From an uncultured Deinococcales bacterium (lineage in GTDB: Bacteria; Deinococcota; Deinococci; Deinococcales; JAAFIG01), in NCBI GenBank assembly GCA_964247135.1, contig CAXTTL010000068.1, positions 1 to 20,499 of the forward strand: a DNA stretch of 20,499 nucleotides. Reading direction: 5' to 3'. Shown one piece after another: positions 1-9,004 of this stretch. Under the pieces are notes generated by a model that worked only from the letters and a program-made list of their open reading frames with translations, ran no database searches and was not told the DNA's origin. The position numbers were made by a program, and so were the translations under genes. The number at the start of each line of letters is the position of its first letter. The stretch's first letter is position 1.

Positions 1-289
1 AATCTCGAGCGTCGGCGTGAACAAATTCAACCCTCAAATTTTGCAGCACAGCTTTTTGACGGGCGTACTCGAGCATCGGTTTTGCAAGATCGATGCCCGT
101 GACTTCAAAACCACGTTCTGCCATTGGCAATGCGTACAGTCCAGTACCGCAAGCCACATCCAAAATCGAACCGCCAAATTCTTTGGCAAGCTCGAGGTAA
201 AACGCCAATGGACGCGCAAGGTATTGGGCTTCCTCCAAATCGTAATTTTCGGGGTTCTGAAATTCCTCGAGGTTGTCGTGGGTTTCCAT
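1..289 (-). CDS. Class I SAM-dependent methyltransferase, N-terminal part (runs off the window start)
   Basis: Not in the ORF track. Hand translation from ATG 289 gives METHDNLEEFQNPENYDLEEAQYLARPLAFYLELAKEFGGSILDVACGTGLYALPMAERGFEVTGIDLAKPMLEYARQKAVLQNLRVEFVHADARD, with motif I ILDVACGTG and the post-I VTGIDL. Confidence 0.92.
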   Translation of the reverse strand, partial: METHDNLEEFQNPENYDLEEAQYLARPLAFYLELAKEFGGSILDVACGTGLYALPMAERGFEVTGIDLAKPMLEYARQKAVLQNLRVEFVHADARD

Positions 290-296
290 AGGCTTG

Positions 297-302
297 ACAT
301 TA
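297..302 (-). promoter_or_regulatory. Putative -10 box (TAATGT) of a leaderless transcript
   Basis: TANNNT lies 7 nt upstream of the methyltransferase ATG and there is no SD. This arrangement is typical of Deinococcus-Thermus leaderless genes. Confidence 0.5.
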
Positions 303-373
303 TGGCGCGAATCTCGAGCTTCAGGGTTTTGTCCAAGTCGGTTCGAGATTCAATGGAACGGCGTATCGATGAA

Positions 374-715
374 TTATTCACCCACCGATTCTTGCACCAT
401 TCTGGAAGCCGGATGGAGGCAGAACATCTCGAGCACTCCATCGCCAACGTTCAGAAATTTGTGCGCAATATTCGGGGCGGCGACGACAATGTCACCAGTT
501 TGGACTTCGATCTCATCCTGACCAATGGTAAACCTTGCTTGTCCGCTTTGAACCAACCACGTTTCGGGATAAGGATGCAAATGCAGCATTGAACCCGTGC
601 CAGGTGGACTTTTGACATGAAAGAAAGAGCCATCGACACCGTATGGCGCACCCTCAAATTTTACGGTTCCACCTGGGCGCAGCTCCAGGGTTTGTGATGA
701 AATCACTTTGTACAT
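374..715 (-). CDS. Cupin domain protein
   Basis: Cupin motifs LHLHPYPETWLVQSG and GDIVVAAPNIAHKFLN. Start moved to ATG 715, which follows an AAGGA SD. Confidence 0.88.
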   Translation of the reverse strand: MYKVISSQTLELRPGGTVKFEGAPYGVDGSFFHVKSPPGTGSMLHLHPYPETWLVQSGQARFTIGQDEIEVQTGDIVVAAPNIAHKFLNVGDGVLEMFCLHPASRMVQESVGE

Positions 716-766
716 TTTGATCGTCCTTTCCAAATCTGGGCAGTCAACGGGCGCCCTTAAGGGTTT

Positions 767-1666
767 TCACACGTTCATCGACAAGGTTGTCTGACGCGAA
801 AACCGCTTGACTTGCACACCTGTCACCAGCATTGCACCAAATAAAACCGTGGCACACGACAGGATTTTCTCAAAACTGATGGTTTCATGCAGCAATGCCG
901 CCCCCCAGACAAGCGCAAAAACGGGCACCAGCAAACCGACAACCGATGTTCGTGACGCGCCGAGGTTGACCACCAGCGGCAAAAACAACAAATACGCCAC
1001 CACAGTGCAAGCCAGCGCCAGTGCCAGCAAACACACCACCACCAGGGCATCGGGTGCCGAGCGAATTGGGTTGAAAGGCGCGAGCGGCGCAAGGCTCAGG
1101 CTCGAGCTGAGCAGCGCTCCCGTGACCATGTCTATCGGCGGGGCACCCTGCAATTTTGCTTTGGTCAAATTGGCTGCCAGCCCGTATGAGAACGCTGCCA
1201 CCAGCATTGCCATCACGGACAGCACCGTGTTGAATCCAGGCTCGAGCGGACTCCAACCGACCAGCGTGGTCACGCCCAGAAAACCCAGGACAATACCAAC
1301 AAAGCGCTGCCAGGTGAAGGCATCGCCAAACCAAATCACCGCGATCAAGACAGTCCAGAACGAAACGGTGGCGTTTAAAATGGCTGAGGTGGACGCCGAA
1401 AGCGTCAATTCGGCAAACGAAATCAAGACAAATGGCAAGCCGCTGTTCAAAAGTCCCACCAGGGCAATCCAGCCGCCAAAACGCCGCCACTCGAGGGGCT
1501 TATGGGTCAGCAAAGCGTAGATAAGCAACACTCCAGCGCCAATTGTCACGCGCAACAGCGCCGTCATGACCGGACCCAGCACGGGCGAGGTCAGGCGCAT
1601 GAAAATAAAACTAAACCCCCAAAGGGCTGCCACCAAAAGCAACTGTATGGCTTGAATCGGTTTCAT
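767..1666 (-). CDS. DMT/EamA family transporter
   Basis: 299 aa with about 10 hydrophobic segments in two halves; N-terminal LLVAALWGFSFIFMR and C-terminal LLHETIS...GAMLV are typical of EamA. AAGGA SD. Confidence 0.93.
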   Translation of the reverse strand: MKPIQAIQLLLVAALWGFSFIFMRLTSPVLGPVMTALLRVTIGAGVLLIYALLTHKPLEWRRFGGWIALVGLLNSGLPFVLISFAELTLSASTSAILNATVSFWTVLIAVIWFGDAFTWQRFVGIVLGFLGVTTLVGWSPLEPGFNTVLSVMAMLVAAFSYGLAANLTKAKLQGAPPIDMVTGALLSSSLSLAPLAPFNPIRSAPDALVVVCLLALALACTVVAYLLFLPLVVNLGASRTSVVGLLVPVFALVWGAALLHETISFEKILSCATVLFGAMLVTGVQVKRFSRQTTLSMNV

Positions 1667-1687
1667 GACCCACTTCCTTTTCTGGGT

Positions 1688-2110
1688 TTAAAGGCGAAAG
1701 GCGATTTGCATTCGGTTCCAAGAATTCACGGCGATCACGGCATAGGTCAAATCGACCAGTTCCTCCTCTGAAAACTGCGCCCTGGCTTGGGTGTAAACCT
1801 CATCTGGCACTTGCGAATTTGCCACCAGTGTGACCGCCTCAGACCAGGCGAGCGCCGCGCGTTCCCGTTCGCTGAATCCCTTGGCAAGCCGCCAAGCGCT
1901 GACAAGATGGAGTTTTTCATGGCTGTGCCCAGCCTCGAGTCCATCTTTGCTGTGCAGGGCGATACAGTACACGCAACCGTTGATTTGCGAGGCGCGAAGT
2001 TTGACCAGTTCGAGCAAAGGTTTCTCGAGGCTGTTGTTGTTGGCGTAATCGTCCAAAGCGTTCAAGGCTTGGTAACCACCCGCCGCGAGTTTGTAAGCGT
2101 TTAATCTCAT
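1688..2110 (-). CDS. Carboxymuconolactone decarboxylase / AhpD-like family protein
   Basis: ELVKLRASQINGCVYCIALH (CxxC...H), FSERERAALAWSEAVT, INSWNR. GGAGG SD. Confidence 0.93.
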   Translation of the reverse strand: MRLNAYKLAAGGYQALNALDDYANNNSLEKPLLELVKLRASQINGCVYCIALHSKDGLEAGHSHEKLHLVSAWRLAKGFSERERAALAWSEAVTLVANSQVPDEVYTQARAQFSEEELVDLTYAVIAVNSWNRMQIAFRL

Positions 2111-2144
2111 GGTCTGAAGTCCTCCGAGAATTATTGTGCAACAA

Positions 2145-2170
2145 TTTTGGCTTGCCCAGAAGAGCCAAAA
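2145..2170. promoter_or_regulatory. Candidate MocR operator, inverted repeat TTTTGGCT-N10-AGCCAAAA
   Basis: Perfect 8-bp inverted repeat in the 80-bp divergent gap between the AhpD-like and MocR genes. Confidence 0.5.
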
Positions 2171-2190
2171 ACTGCTATTTTAAATGGGTC

Positions 2191-3618
2191 ATGATTGACC
2201 TTAAACGTGAGTTAAACCTTGATGCAAACGATACAAACCCGACTCCGATCTATCAACGAATTTACCGCAGTGTTGCCCAGGCGGTGCTCGAGGGACGCTT
2301 GAAAGCCTCAACCCGTTTGCCCTCGGTCAGAAGCCTTGCGGCACAACTCGGTGTGGCTCGAGGCACGATTGAAACCGCCTATCATTTGCTGGCGGCTGAA
2401 GGCTACATCGTCTCACGGGGCGCGGCTGGAACGCGGGTCAGCAAAACCATCAAACGCACTTTGCTTGAAGCCCATGCCAAAGAAATCAATCAACGCGTCG
2501 AAGTGCAGCCTGCGCCAGACTCGAGGGAACCCAAAATGTTTCAGATGGGTTTGCCCGCCCTTGACGGCTTTCCAAACGCAGTCTGGTCGCGTCTGCTCGC
2601 CCGGGCAGCCCGAGCCACCACACCGAGCGATTTGGCATATCCCAACCCTGCCGGACTTGAAACGCTACGGACGCAACTTGCCAGTTACCTTGTTGTGGCT
2701 CGAGGGATCGCCTGTCTGCCCGAGGATATTTTCATCACCTGCGGTTACCAGGGCGCGTTGGGCTTGATCGCCCATTGCCTGCTGGATTCTGGGGACCGCG
2801 TGCTGATGGAAGACCCTGGCTATCCTGACAGCCGCGATGCCATGCGTTTGGCTGGGGCAGCATTGATCCCAGTTGCGGTTGACCGTGAAGGGTTAAACGT
2901 GCCACAAATCGTTTCAAAAAACCTTTCGGCGCGTTTGGTGCTGGTCACACCAACCCATCAGTACCCAACAGGGGTCACCTTGTCGCTCTCGCGTCGAATC
3001 GCGCTGTTAAAATGGGCGCAAACCAATGACGCCTGGATTGTCGAAGACGATTACGACAGCGAATACCGTTACCAGGGCAAGCCGCTGCCCGCACTCAAAA
3101 GCCTTGATCGGCAAGACCGCGTGCTTTATGCAGGAACCTTGAGCAAGGTGCTTTCTCCGAGCCTGAGGGTCGGCTATTTGGTGGTTCCAAGAAACCTCAA
3201 CAATACTTTCCGACGCACTGCCAACCTGCTGCAACCGCCGCCTTCGGTTTTGGTACAAGCCAGCCTGGCGGCATTTCTCGAACAGGGGCATTTGGGTCGT
3301 CACATTCGCCGAATGCGGGCATTGTACTTGGAGCGGCGCACGGCGCTGGCGACAGCCTTAAACCAGCAACTCGGCTCGAGGCTTCGGGTTGAGTTACAAC
3401 CAGGTGGGATGCACCTTTTGGGTCGTTTACCAAAAGGCACTGACGACGTTGGTCTGGTGGCAAGGCTACAACAACATGGTCTCAGTCCAGCCGCGCTCTC
3501 TGCTTGTGGAATGGCAAGCTCCCAGGTTGCAGGCTTGCTGCTCGGGTTTACCAATATCAACTCGAGTCAGGCGACCACGGCGGCAAAACGCCTGGCAGAA
3601 CACTTTGACTCGAGATGA
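2191..3618 (+). CDS. MocR/PdxR-type GntR regulator (wHTH plus PLP aminotransferase-like domain)
   Basis: wHTH RLPSVRSLAAQLGVARGTIETAYHLLAAEGYI; TPTHQYPTG, IVEDDYDSEYRY and GTLSKVLSPSLRVGY (PLP Lys). Start more likely ATG 2191 than the track's 2134. Confidence 0.95.
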   Translation: MIDLKRELNLDANDTNPTPIYQRIYRSVAQAVLEGRLKASTRLPSVRSLAAQLGVARGTIETAYHLLAAEGYIVSRGAAGTRVSKTIKRTLLEAHAKEINQRVEVQPAPDSREPKMFQMGLPALDGFPNAVWSRLLARAARATTPSDLAYPNPAGLETLRTQLASYLVVARGIACLPEDIFITCGYQGALGLIAHCLLDSGDRVLMEDPGYPDSRDAMRLAGAALIPVAVDREGLNVPQIVSKNLSARLVLVTPTHQYPTGVTLSLSRRIALLKWAQTNDAWIVEDDYDSEYRYQGKPLPALKSLDRQDRVLYAGTLSKVLSPSLRVGYLVVPRNLNNTFRRTANLLQPPPSVLVQASLAAFLEQGHLGRHIRRMRALYLERRTALATALNQQLGSRLRVELQPGGMHLLGRLPKGTDDVGLVARLQQHGLSPAALSACGMASSQVAGLLLGFTNINSSQATTAAKRLAEHFDSR

Positions 3619-3738
3619 TTTGCGCCTGACATTTGAGGTTCGCATCAAAAATGGCGCTCTCGCTCGAGTTGTCCGCTGCTGTAACGTCAAATTCATAATT
3701 TTGTAACACCAAACAGCTTGGCTCGAATTGGCGCGGGC

Positions 3739-3764
3739 TATAATGCAAACTTGAGTTGAAGGAG
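3739..3764 (+). promoter_or_regulatory. TATAAT -10 box and GAAGGAG SD of the LLM gene
   Basis: Consensus TATAAT at 3739-3744; SD just upstream of ATG 3770. No convincing -35. Confidence 0.55.
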
Positions 3765-3769
3765 ACTGA

Positions 3770-4807
3770 ATGCAGATTGGAATCGATAGTTTTGCCGCCG
3801 TGGTTTCAAATCCCGACACGGGCAAAACCCTGAGCACCACCGAACGCATGGGCAATCTGATCGAAGAGATCGAAGCCGCAGACCGTTTTGGCATCGACGT
3901 GTTCGGCGTCGGCGAGCATCACCGACCTGAATATTTGGATTCCGCCCCAACCATGATTTTGGCGGCTGCCGCCGCTCGCACCTCGAGCATCAAGCTCACC
4001 AGTGCGGTCACGGTGCTCAGCGCGGCTGACCCCGTGCGGGTCTTTCAAGAATTTGCGACGCTCGATTTGATCTCCAAAGGACGCGCCGAAATGGTGGTCG
4101 GACGCGGATCGTTCATCGAATCTTTTCCGTTGTTTGGCTTTGCGCTCGAGGATTACGACGCGCTGTTTGCCGAAAAACTTGACCTGCTGCTCGAGATTCG
4201 GGAGCAGACCCATGTTCAGTGGTCTGGGCGTTACCGGGCGGCGCTCACGGGACAGGGCATCTATCCGCGCCCTGTCGGCACCCTGCCGATTTGGTTGGGC
4301 GTTGGCGGCACGCCCGAGTCGTTCATTCGGGCGGGCAGCCTCGGCTTGCCACTCATGGTCGCCATCATCGGCGGCGATTACCGTCGTTTCCGACCGTTAA
4401 TCGACCTGTACCGTCAGGCGGGGCAAATGGCGGGGCATTCACCAGATCAATTGAAAGTTGGCATTCACGCCTTCGGTTTTGTGGCGCCAACCACCAGCCA
4501 AGCCATCGATCTGACCTACCCTGGCTTCGAGCGCATGGCAAGCACCATCGGCAAAGAGCGCGGTTGGTCGCCGCCGTCTCGAGCGCAATTTGAGGCGGCG
4601 TGCAGCCCGTTCGGTCCGTACCTGATCGGCGATGTGCAAAGTGTCGCCGAGAAAGTCTTGTACGTCAACCGCGTGCTGGGCGGCATCTCGAGGTTGTCGT
4701 TTCAGATGACCAACGTGATGCTGGCACACGAGCAAATGCTGGCGGCAATCGAATTGCTTGGCACTCGAGTTTCACCGTTGGTGCAAGAAAAGCTGACGAT
4801 CAAATGA
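3770..4807 (+). CDS. LLM-class (luciferase-like) flavin-dependent oxidoreductase
   Basis: DVFGVGEHHRPEY, LTSAVTVLSAADPVRVFQEFATLDLISKGRAE, GRGSFIESFPLFG, IWLGVGGTPES. Confidence 0.95.
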   Translation: MQIGIDSFAAVVSNPDTGKTLSTTERMGNLIEEIEAADRFGIDVFGVGEHHRPEYLDSAPTMILAAAAARTSSIKLTSAVTVLSAADPVRVFQEFATLDLISKGRAEMVVGRGSFIESFPLFGFALEDYDALFAEKLDLLLEIREQTHVQWSGRYRAALTGQGIYPRPVGTLPIWLGVGGTPESFIRAGSLGLPLMVAIIGGDYRRFRPLIDLYRQAGQMAGHSPDQLKVGIHAFGFVAPTTSQAIDLTYPGFERMASTIGKERGWSPPSRAQFEAACSPFGPYLIGDVQSVAEKVLYVNRVLGGISRLSFQMTNVMLAHEQMLAAIELLGTRVSPLVQEKLTIK

Positions 4808-5336
4808 TTTTTGGGTAACGCTCGAGAATCAAATCCACGGTTTGCTCAACACTCAATTCGCTCGAGTCAATCACCAACCAACCCGTTTTGGAGTGTGCTT
4901 CGATGCCCGCTTGAAGGCTGCGAATCGCCGTCTCGAGGATTTGTTTGAAACTGCCCTCGTCAGGATTTCTGGCATGAAGTCGTTCCAATATTGTCTCGAG
5001 CTTGGGGAGCAACAAAACCCGAGTGATACGCCGCGATATTTTGCGGTTGTAATCCTCATCGGGGTTTTCGCCCAACCAAAAATCGTCGATGGCGACCGCA
5101 AAACCGTCATCGGAGTACATTCGCGCCATGACCGAGGCGGACTCTCGAGCCAGCCGCAATTGCCGATACGTTTCTGGCGGGATTTCAAAAGCCATGTCCG
5201 AAAGTCCAGCCACCACCAAGTGACGAAGGTCGTCCACAGGAATGTGCAAACCACGTTCAAAACGCTGCATCAAGGCTTTGGAGACGGTGCTTTTGCCCGA
5301 GGCTGGTGTTCCCATGATTAAGAAAATTGGTTGCAT
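4800..5336 (-). CDS. P-loop nucleotide-kinase-like protein (AAA_33 type)
   Basis: Walker A GTPASGKST, VDDLR, lid ERLHARN and C-terminal IDSSELSVEQTVDLI. Its 3' end overlaps the LLM gene by 8 nt. Confidence 0.88.
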   Translation of the reverse strand: MQPIFLIMGTPASGKSTVSKALMQRFERGLHIPVDDLRHLVVAGLSDMAFEIPPETYRQLRLARESASVMARMYSDDGFAVAIDDFWLGENPDEDYNRKISRRITRVLLLPKLETILERLHARNPDEGSFKQILETAIRSLQAGIEAHSKTGWLVIDSSELSVEQTVDLILERYPKII

Positions 5337-5357
5337 GATTGGCTTTCTGGGGTGAGA

Positions 5358-5687
5358 TCAAGTTTTGAATTCGGTCAGGATGACATGGATATTTTCCGTG
5401 CCAACATTTAGCAGCGAATGCGGTGGGATTGGCGCGGCTGGGATTGCCGTCCCTGGAAGTGGCGTGTTGGTCATGCGTGCAGAATCCATCATGACGTTGC
5501 GATGCTCGTCGTAACGCACAAAATTACTCCAAGAAATGATGTACAAAAACCCAGACCAGACGTGGGTGTGCAGCGCCGTTTCCTCGCCAGGTTTTAACAG
5601 CGTCTCGAGCACCCGAATCTGGTCATTCTCGAGTAAAACTTTATGGTGTTCGGGTGCGGCGGCAACGGCATCCAGTTGATCGAGCAT
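5358..5687 (-). CDS. Cupin-fold protein
   Basis: HHKVLLENDQIRVLE..LKPGEETALHTH and PHSLLNVG. AAAGGA SD. Confidence 0.85.
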   Translation of the reverse strand: MLDQLDAVAAAPEHHKVLLENDQIRVLETLLKPGEETALHTHVWSGFLYIISWSNFVRYDEHRNVMMDSARMTNTPLPGTAIPAAPIPPHSLLNVGTENIHVILTEFKT

Positions 5688-5725
5688 GAGTTTCCTTTCA
5701 AACGGGTTTCTCGAGCCTTGGGGTT

Positions 5726-7183
5726 TTATTGAACGGCAATCTCGTTTCCAAGCCGCACGACCTCGGTCGCCAGCAAATCAAAATCTGCGGTCACGCTGCG
5801 GTGGTTGGCTATCGCAATCCGCAAGCAATACTGACCGTGAAGCGTGGTGTACGACGGCACGGCAATGCCTTTTTCGTGAAGTTGCATCAAAATTTCTTTG
5901 TTCAAGGCGTTCAAAGCTTCAAGCTCGAGGTGTCCTGGGTTGTACCGAAAACAAACAATATCCAAACCAATCGGAGCCATCATCTCGAGCTTTGGGTCTG
6001 CTGCGACCAGTTGACCAAAGTAATGCGCCTGTTCGACATTGCGCTCGATCATGCGCCCGAACCGCGCCAGACCGTGTTCTTTGATCGACATCCACACCTT
6101 CAACGCCCGAAATTGCCTGGAAAGCTGCAAGCCGTAATCGCTAAACCAATTGCCTGCCGCCAAGCCTCGGGTTTGGATTGCCAGGTACTCTGGGGTCAGG
6201 GCAAAGGTCTCGCGGTGGGCGGTTTTGTTACGCACCAGCACGCAACCCGCCTCGAACGGAATGTGCAACCATTTGTGCAAATCGAGCGCCACCGAATCGG
6301 CGCGTTCGATACCAGCAAGTTTTGGTTTGACATTTTCCGCCAGCACCGCCACCGCCCCAATCGCGCCGTCCACATGAAACCAGAGCGTTTCGCGTTCGCA
6401 CAGATCAGCCAGTGCATTCAAGTCATCGATTGCTCCTGTGTTGATCGTTCCCGCATTGCCAATCACGCATAACGGTTGATGCCCCGCATTTCGGTCTTCG
6501 CTGATGGCTTGCTCGAGCGCCGCCAGGTCAATCGTGTAATCGGGGTTGACCGCAATTTTATGCAAACTCGAGTTGCCCATGCCCAGCGCCTCGATGGCTT
6601 TTTGGACGCTGCTGTGAACCTCGCTCGAGGCATACACCATCAAGCGTCCCGTCGCGCCGTGCATTCCCAATTCCCGAACGTTAAAACCCGCACCCTCGTT
6701 TCGAGCCACCGCGAGCGCCGTAAAGTTTGCCATGCTACCGCCGCTGACCAGCAAGCCGCTGGCATCGGTTGGGAAGCCCATCATGGTTTTAATCCAGTCG
6801 ATCACCTGGGTTTCGACCAAATTGGAAACGTGGTTGCCGCCACCAAGGTTTGAGTTCATGATTGACGCCATAAAATCCGCCAATGCGCCAAGCACCGTGC
6901 CGTTGCCCATGTACCAAGCCCAGAACCTGGGGTGGGTGTTTCCCATCGGGTAGGGCAGAATGCTCTCTTTAAAATCTTGGTAGGTGGACACTGCCCCTTC
7001 AGGCTCGAGCGGTGCGGCAACTTGAAACTTCGCCGCGACTTCATCGGGGACGGGTTGCCAGACTGGTCGTTCGCGCAGGGTTTGCAGGTGATGAAACGCA
7101 TCGTCGATCATCTGGTGTGCCAGCGCCCGCATGTCATCCCAATTTTCGGGGTCGAGCGTCTCGGGCTTTTGAGATTTTTCCAT
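5726..7183 (-). CDS. Group II PLP-dependent amino-acid decarboxylase (aromatic-L-amino-acid/DABA decarboxylase-like)
   Basis: HPRFWAW, SGGSMANF, HSSVQKA, GTINTGAIDDL, WFHVDGA, DSVALDLHKW (PLP Lys), SRQFRALKVW. Start ATG 7183 follows AAGGAGG; an extended -10 TGnTAAAGT lies at 7219-7227. Confidence 0.95.
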   Translation of the reverse strand: MEKSQKPETLDPENWDDMRALAHQMIDDAFHHLQTLRERPVWQPVPDEVAAKFQVAAPLEPEGAVSTYQDFKESILPYPMGNTHPRFWAWYMGNGTVLGALADFMASIMNSNLGGGNHVSNLVETQVIDWIKTMMGFPTDASGLLVSGGSMANFTALAVARNEGAGFNVRELGMHGATGRLMVYASSEVHSSVQKAIEALGMGNSSLHKIAVNPDYTIDLAALEQAISEDRNAGHQPLCVIGNAGTINTGAIDDLNALADLCERETLWFHVDGAIGAVAVLAENVKPKLAGIERADSVALDLHKWLHIPFEAGCVLVRNKTAHRETFALTPEYLAIQTRGLAAGNWFSDYGLQLSRQFRALKVWMSIKEHGLARFGRMIERNVEQAHYFGQLVAADPKLEMMAPIGLDIVCFRYNPGHLELEALNALNKEILMQLHEKGIAVPSYTTLHGQYCLRIAIANHRSVTADFDLLATEVVRLGNEIAVQ

Positions 7184-7376
7184 TTGTTGCCTCCTTGAAT
7201 TTATCGGGTTCAAAAATGACTTTAACAGTTCAGAATTCAATTGCCATAAAATGGTGAAGCCTAAAAAAATCGGTACCTTGGGTTTGGATCATCGGACCAG
7301 TCTTGTGGCTCGAGGTGGCTGCAAAAATTTGAAACGCCCGAGGCTGCCTTTTACAATCTCGAGCATGGTTGATCCG

Positions 7377-7832
7377 TTAAAGGACGTACCTCAAACCAAG
7401 CCCAATTTGATACCCAAAGGCTGGCACAAAAAGCAACCTGGATTCCAGGTAAAGCGACAAGGCGTTGGTGAGCGTGTAACGAAAACCGATGATCGCGCCA
7501 AAGCCAAAAACTTGCGCGGGGCTGATGAACAGCGTGGCTCGAGGACCCGCATAAATTCCAAAGTCAGCAATTTGATAGGCGACCATCGCTTCCAGGCTGA
7601 CGCCAAACAGAAAAGTGCCAGCGGCAAAAGTGCCCTCAATGTCAGTTCGAGCGTCAATGTCAAGGTCTTTGCCCAATTTCACCAGCTTTTCGACGCCCAA
7701 GTTCACGCCAAAACCGAAAGCCACGCCATCACTGAACGATGAGGTGATGCCGGCGCCGACCGTAAATTTTTGAGCGCCCGCCAAGCTCGAGAAACCGATG
7801 ATGGCGACCAAAATCAGAAACCATTTCTTCAT
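7377..7832 (-). CDS. Small secreted protein, probable 8-stranded outer-membrane beta-barrel
   Basis: Signal peptide MKKWFLILVAIIGFSSLAGA-Q, alternating Gly/hydrophobic strands and a C-terminal QIGLGLRYVL resembling a beta-signal. ATG 7832 follows AAGGGGG. Confidence 0.75.
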   Translation of the reverse strand: MKKWFLILVAIIGFSSLAGAQKFTVGAGITSSFSDGVAFGFGVNLGVEKLVKLGKDLDIDARTDIEGTFAAGTFLFGVSLEAMVAYQIADFGIYAGPRATLFISPAQVFGFGAIIGFRYTLTNALSLYLESRLLFVPAFGYQIGLGLRYVL

Positions 7833-7973
7833 AAAACCCCCTTGAAGCGTTCCCTTTGTTGAGTCTGTTTTGTTGGCGACCACCCACCAATCTGGCAGTG
7901 GTTTGAGCTGAGGTTCACTGTCTGATTTCGAGCGCAAGCAACATGCTTTCTCGAGTTTTGCACTTATGTTTTC

Positions 7974-8004
7974 ACTCGAGCTTCAATTGGTTTGAAGCTC
8001 GAGT
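7974..8004. repeat. 13-bp inverted repeat ACTCGAGCTTCAA-ttggt-TTGAAGCTCGAGT (hairpin)
   Basis: Perfect 13-bp arms. A T-rich tail follows only on the + strand, so it is not a canonical terminator for the flanking minus-strand genes. Confidence 0.6.
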
Positions 8005-8067
8005 TTTGTTTGCCGCCTTGGTTGATCGGATTGGGGTGCTCAATCAAGACGCAGGACAGCAAGTTTT

Positions 8068-8439
8068 TTAGAGTTGCGTCCAGGTTTCTGTGCCCTCTTT
8101 GGTATCGTTGTAATCTTGCCAGTACCCGCTCAGTTGCGCGTCGTTGATGATTTTTAAAAGGGTCACGGTTGGAATGCCCCTGTTTTGTGATGCGATGGCG
8201 ATGCTCGTGCCAAGATCGTTGGCGATGCCCGTTTCACCCTCGCCGTAATCGACACGGTAACCATCGCCGTAATCGGTGACAACCACCGTGTCAGAAAATT
8301 TGCTGCCATCTGGGTTGACGCCTTTGACCACGTACTTTCCGGCAAAATCGTAACGTGTTTGAGCGCCAACGTGTGACAAGCCAATGCCGAGAGACAGGGT
8401 AGCGATTCCGATCAAAGCCAATTTGTAAACGTTTTTCAT
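8068..8439 (-). CDS. Small secreted beta-rich hypothetical protein (resembles the LIC10280-like family)
   Basis: Signal peptide ending VGA-Q; AGKYVVKGVNPDGSKF, LSGYW and GTETW. AAAGGAG SD. The family name is from memory and was not searched. Confidence 0.75.
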   Translation of the reverse strand: MKNVYKLALIGIATLSLGIGLSHVGAQTRYDFAGKYVVKGVNPDGSKFSDTVVVTDYGDGYRVDYGEGETGIANDLGTSIAIASQNRGIPTVTLLKIINDAQLSGYWQDYNDTKEGTETWTQL

Positions 8440-8508
8440 GACATCTCCTTTAAAATATTCGCGAGTGGGTTTGGGTTGACGGGCGGACGGAACGCAAAGC
8501 GAAAGTAT

Positions 8509-8517
8509 TCAGGTCAT
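8509..8517 (-). other. SD-led minigene ATG-ACC-TGA (Met-Thr-stop), copy 1
   Basis: Minus strand reads GGAG-aaaacc-ATGACCTGA in the leader of the 8439 gene. Confidence 0.45.
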
Positions 8518-8628
8518 GGTTTTCTCCGTTCTAAAGCTTGTCTTTTGGTAAAACACTTTTGGAGCCTCGAGTTTTTGTATTGAGCTACATTTATTGGGTT
8601 TTTAAGGGCGGTTCGTTTGAACTGAGAT

Positions 8629-8662
8629 CAGTTTGCAAAATCTTGCGTCGCACGAGCGTCGC
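8629..8662 (-). promoter_or_regulatory. Activator-dependent promoter P1: GCGACGC-tcgt-GCGACGC-N9-CAAACTG
   Basis: Heptamers at 8656-8662 and 8645-8651 (11-bp period); -10-like box at 8630-8635. Same spacing as P2 and P3. Confidence 0.8.
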
Positions 8663-8776
8663 GTGGGTTTTTTAGGCTCGAGAAACGAGATTTCAGGTAC
8701 GCCATTCACGCCCGCATGACCCATCGCCCATGTTCATTTCTTGTTCTTGCTCGGGAAGGTTGGGTTGTGGCTCGGG

Positions 8777-8968
8777 TTAGCGGGTCAGGCTGGCGTTGGT
8801 GCTGACCTGCGAAAGTCCAAAAATCCAGTGCTTGGCGATCTCGAGAATCTCGCTCAGGGCGTGGCGCAGCGCCGCACTTTGTGCTACACGAATTTCTTTG
8901 AGGAGGGCATGGTTTTGGGCTTCGCGTTGAAGGCTGGCAATTCGGAATTCCACTTCATGGTTTTTCAT
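8777..8968 (-). CDS. 63-aa hypothetical helical protein
   Basis: MKNHEVEFRIASLQREAQNHALLKEIRVAQ...; AAGGAG SD 6 nt before ATG 8968, just downstream of P2. The track's extension to 9250 runs through the promoter and the pseudogene. Confidence 0.7.
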   Translation of the reverse strand: MKNHEVEFRIASLQREAQNHALLKEIRVAQSAALRHALSEILEIAKHWIFGLSQVSTNASLTR

Positions 8969-9004
8969 TTGCTGCTCCTTTTGTCGCTTGTTCTTTCTTG
9001 AACA

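Noticed and set aside
17-592. 191-aa plus-strand ORF and the 34..447 minus-strand ORF
   Set aside because: They overlap the methyltransferase and cupin genes, which carry clear family motifs in other frames.
807-7742. Other long alternative-frame ORFs (807..1520, 885..1490, 5729..6472, 7251..7742 and similar)
   Set aside because: Shadows of well-supported genes with no independent signals.
7895-7950. Possible fourth regulon promoter before the barrel gene (GACAGT-gaacct-CAGCTCAAAC resembles the P1 start region)
   Set aside because: No GCGACGC heptamers at the expected distance.
8068-8439. Absence of CTCGAG in this gene as a sign of recent horizontal transfer
   Set aside because: Only 2-3 copies are expected in this length, and equally long gaps occur elsewhere (e.g. 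~435-1100, ~2705-3374).
8585-8590. ATG-TAG start-stop in the P1 leader
   Set aside because: No SD and no second copy; compatible with chance.
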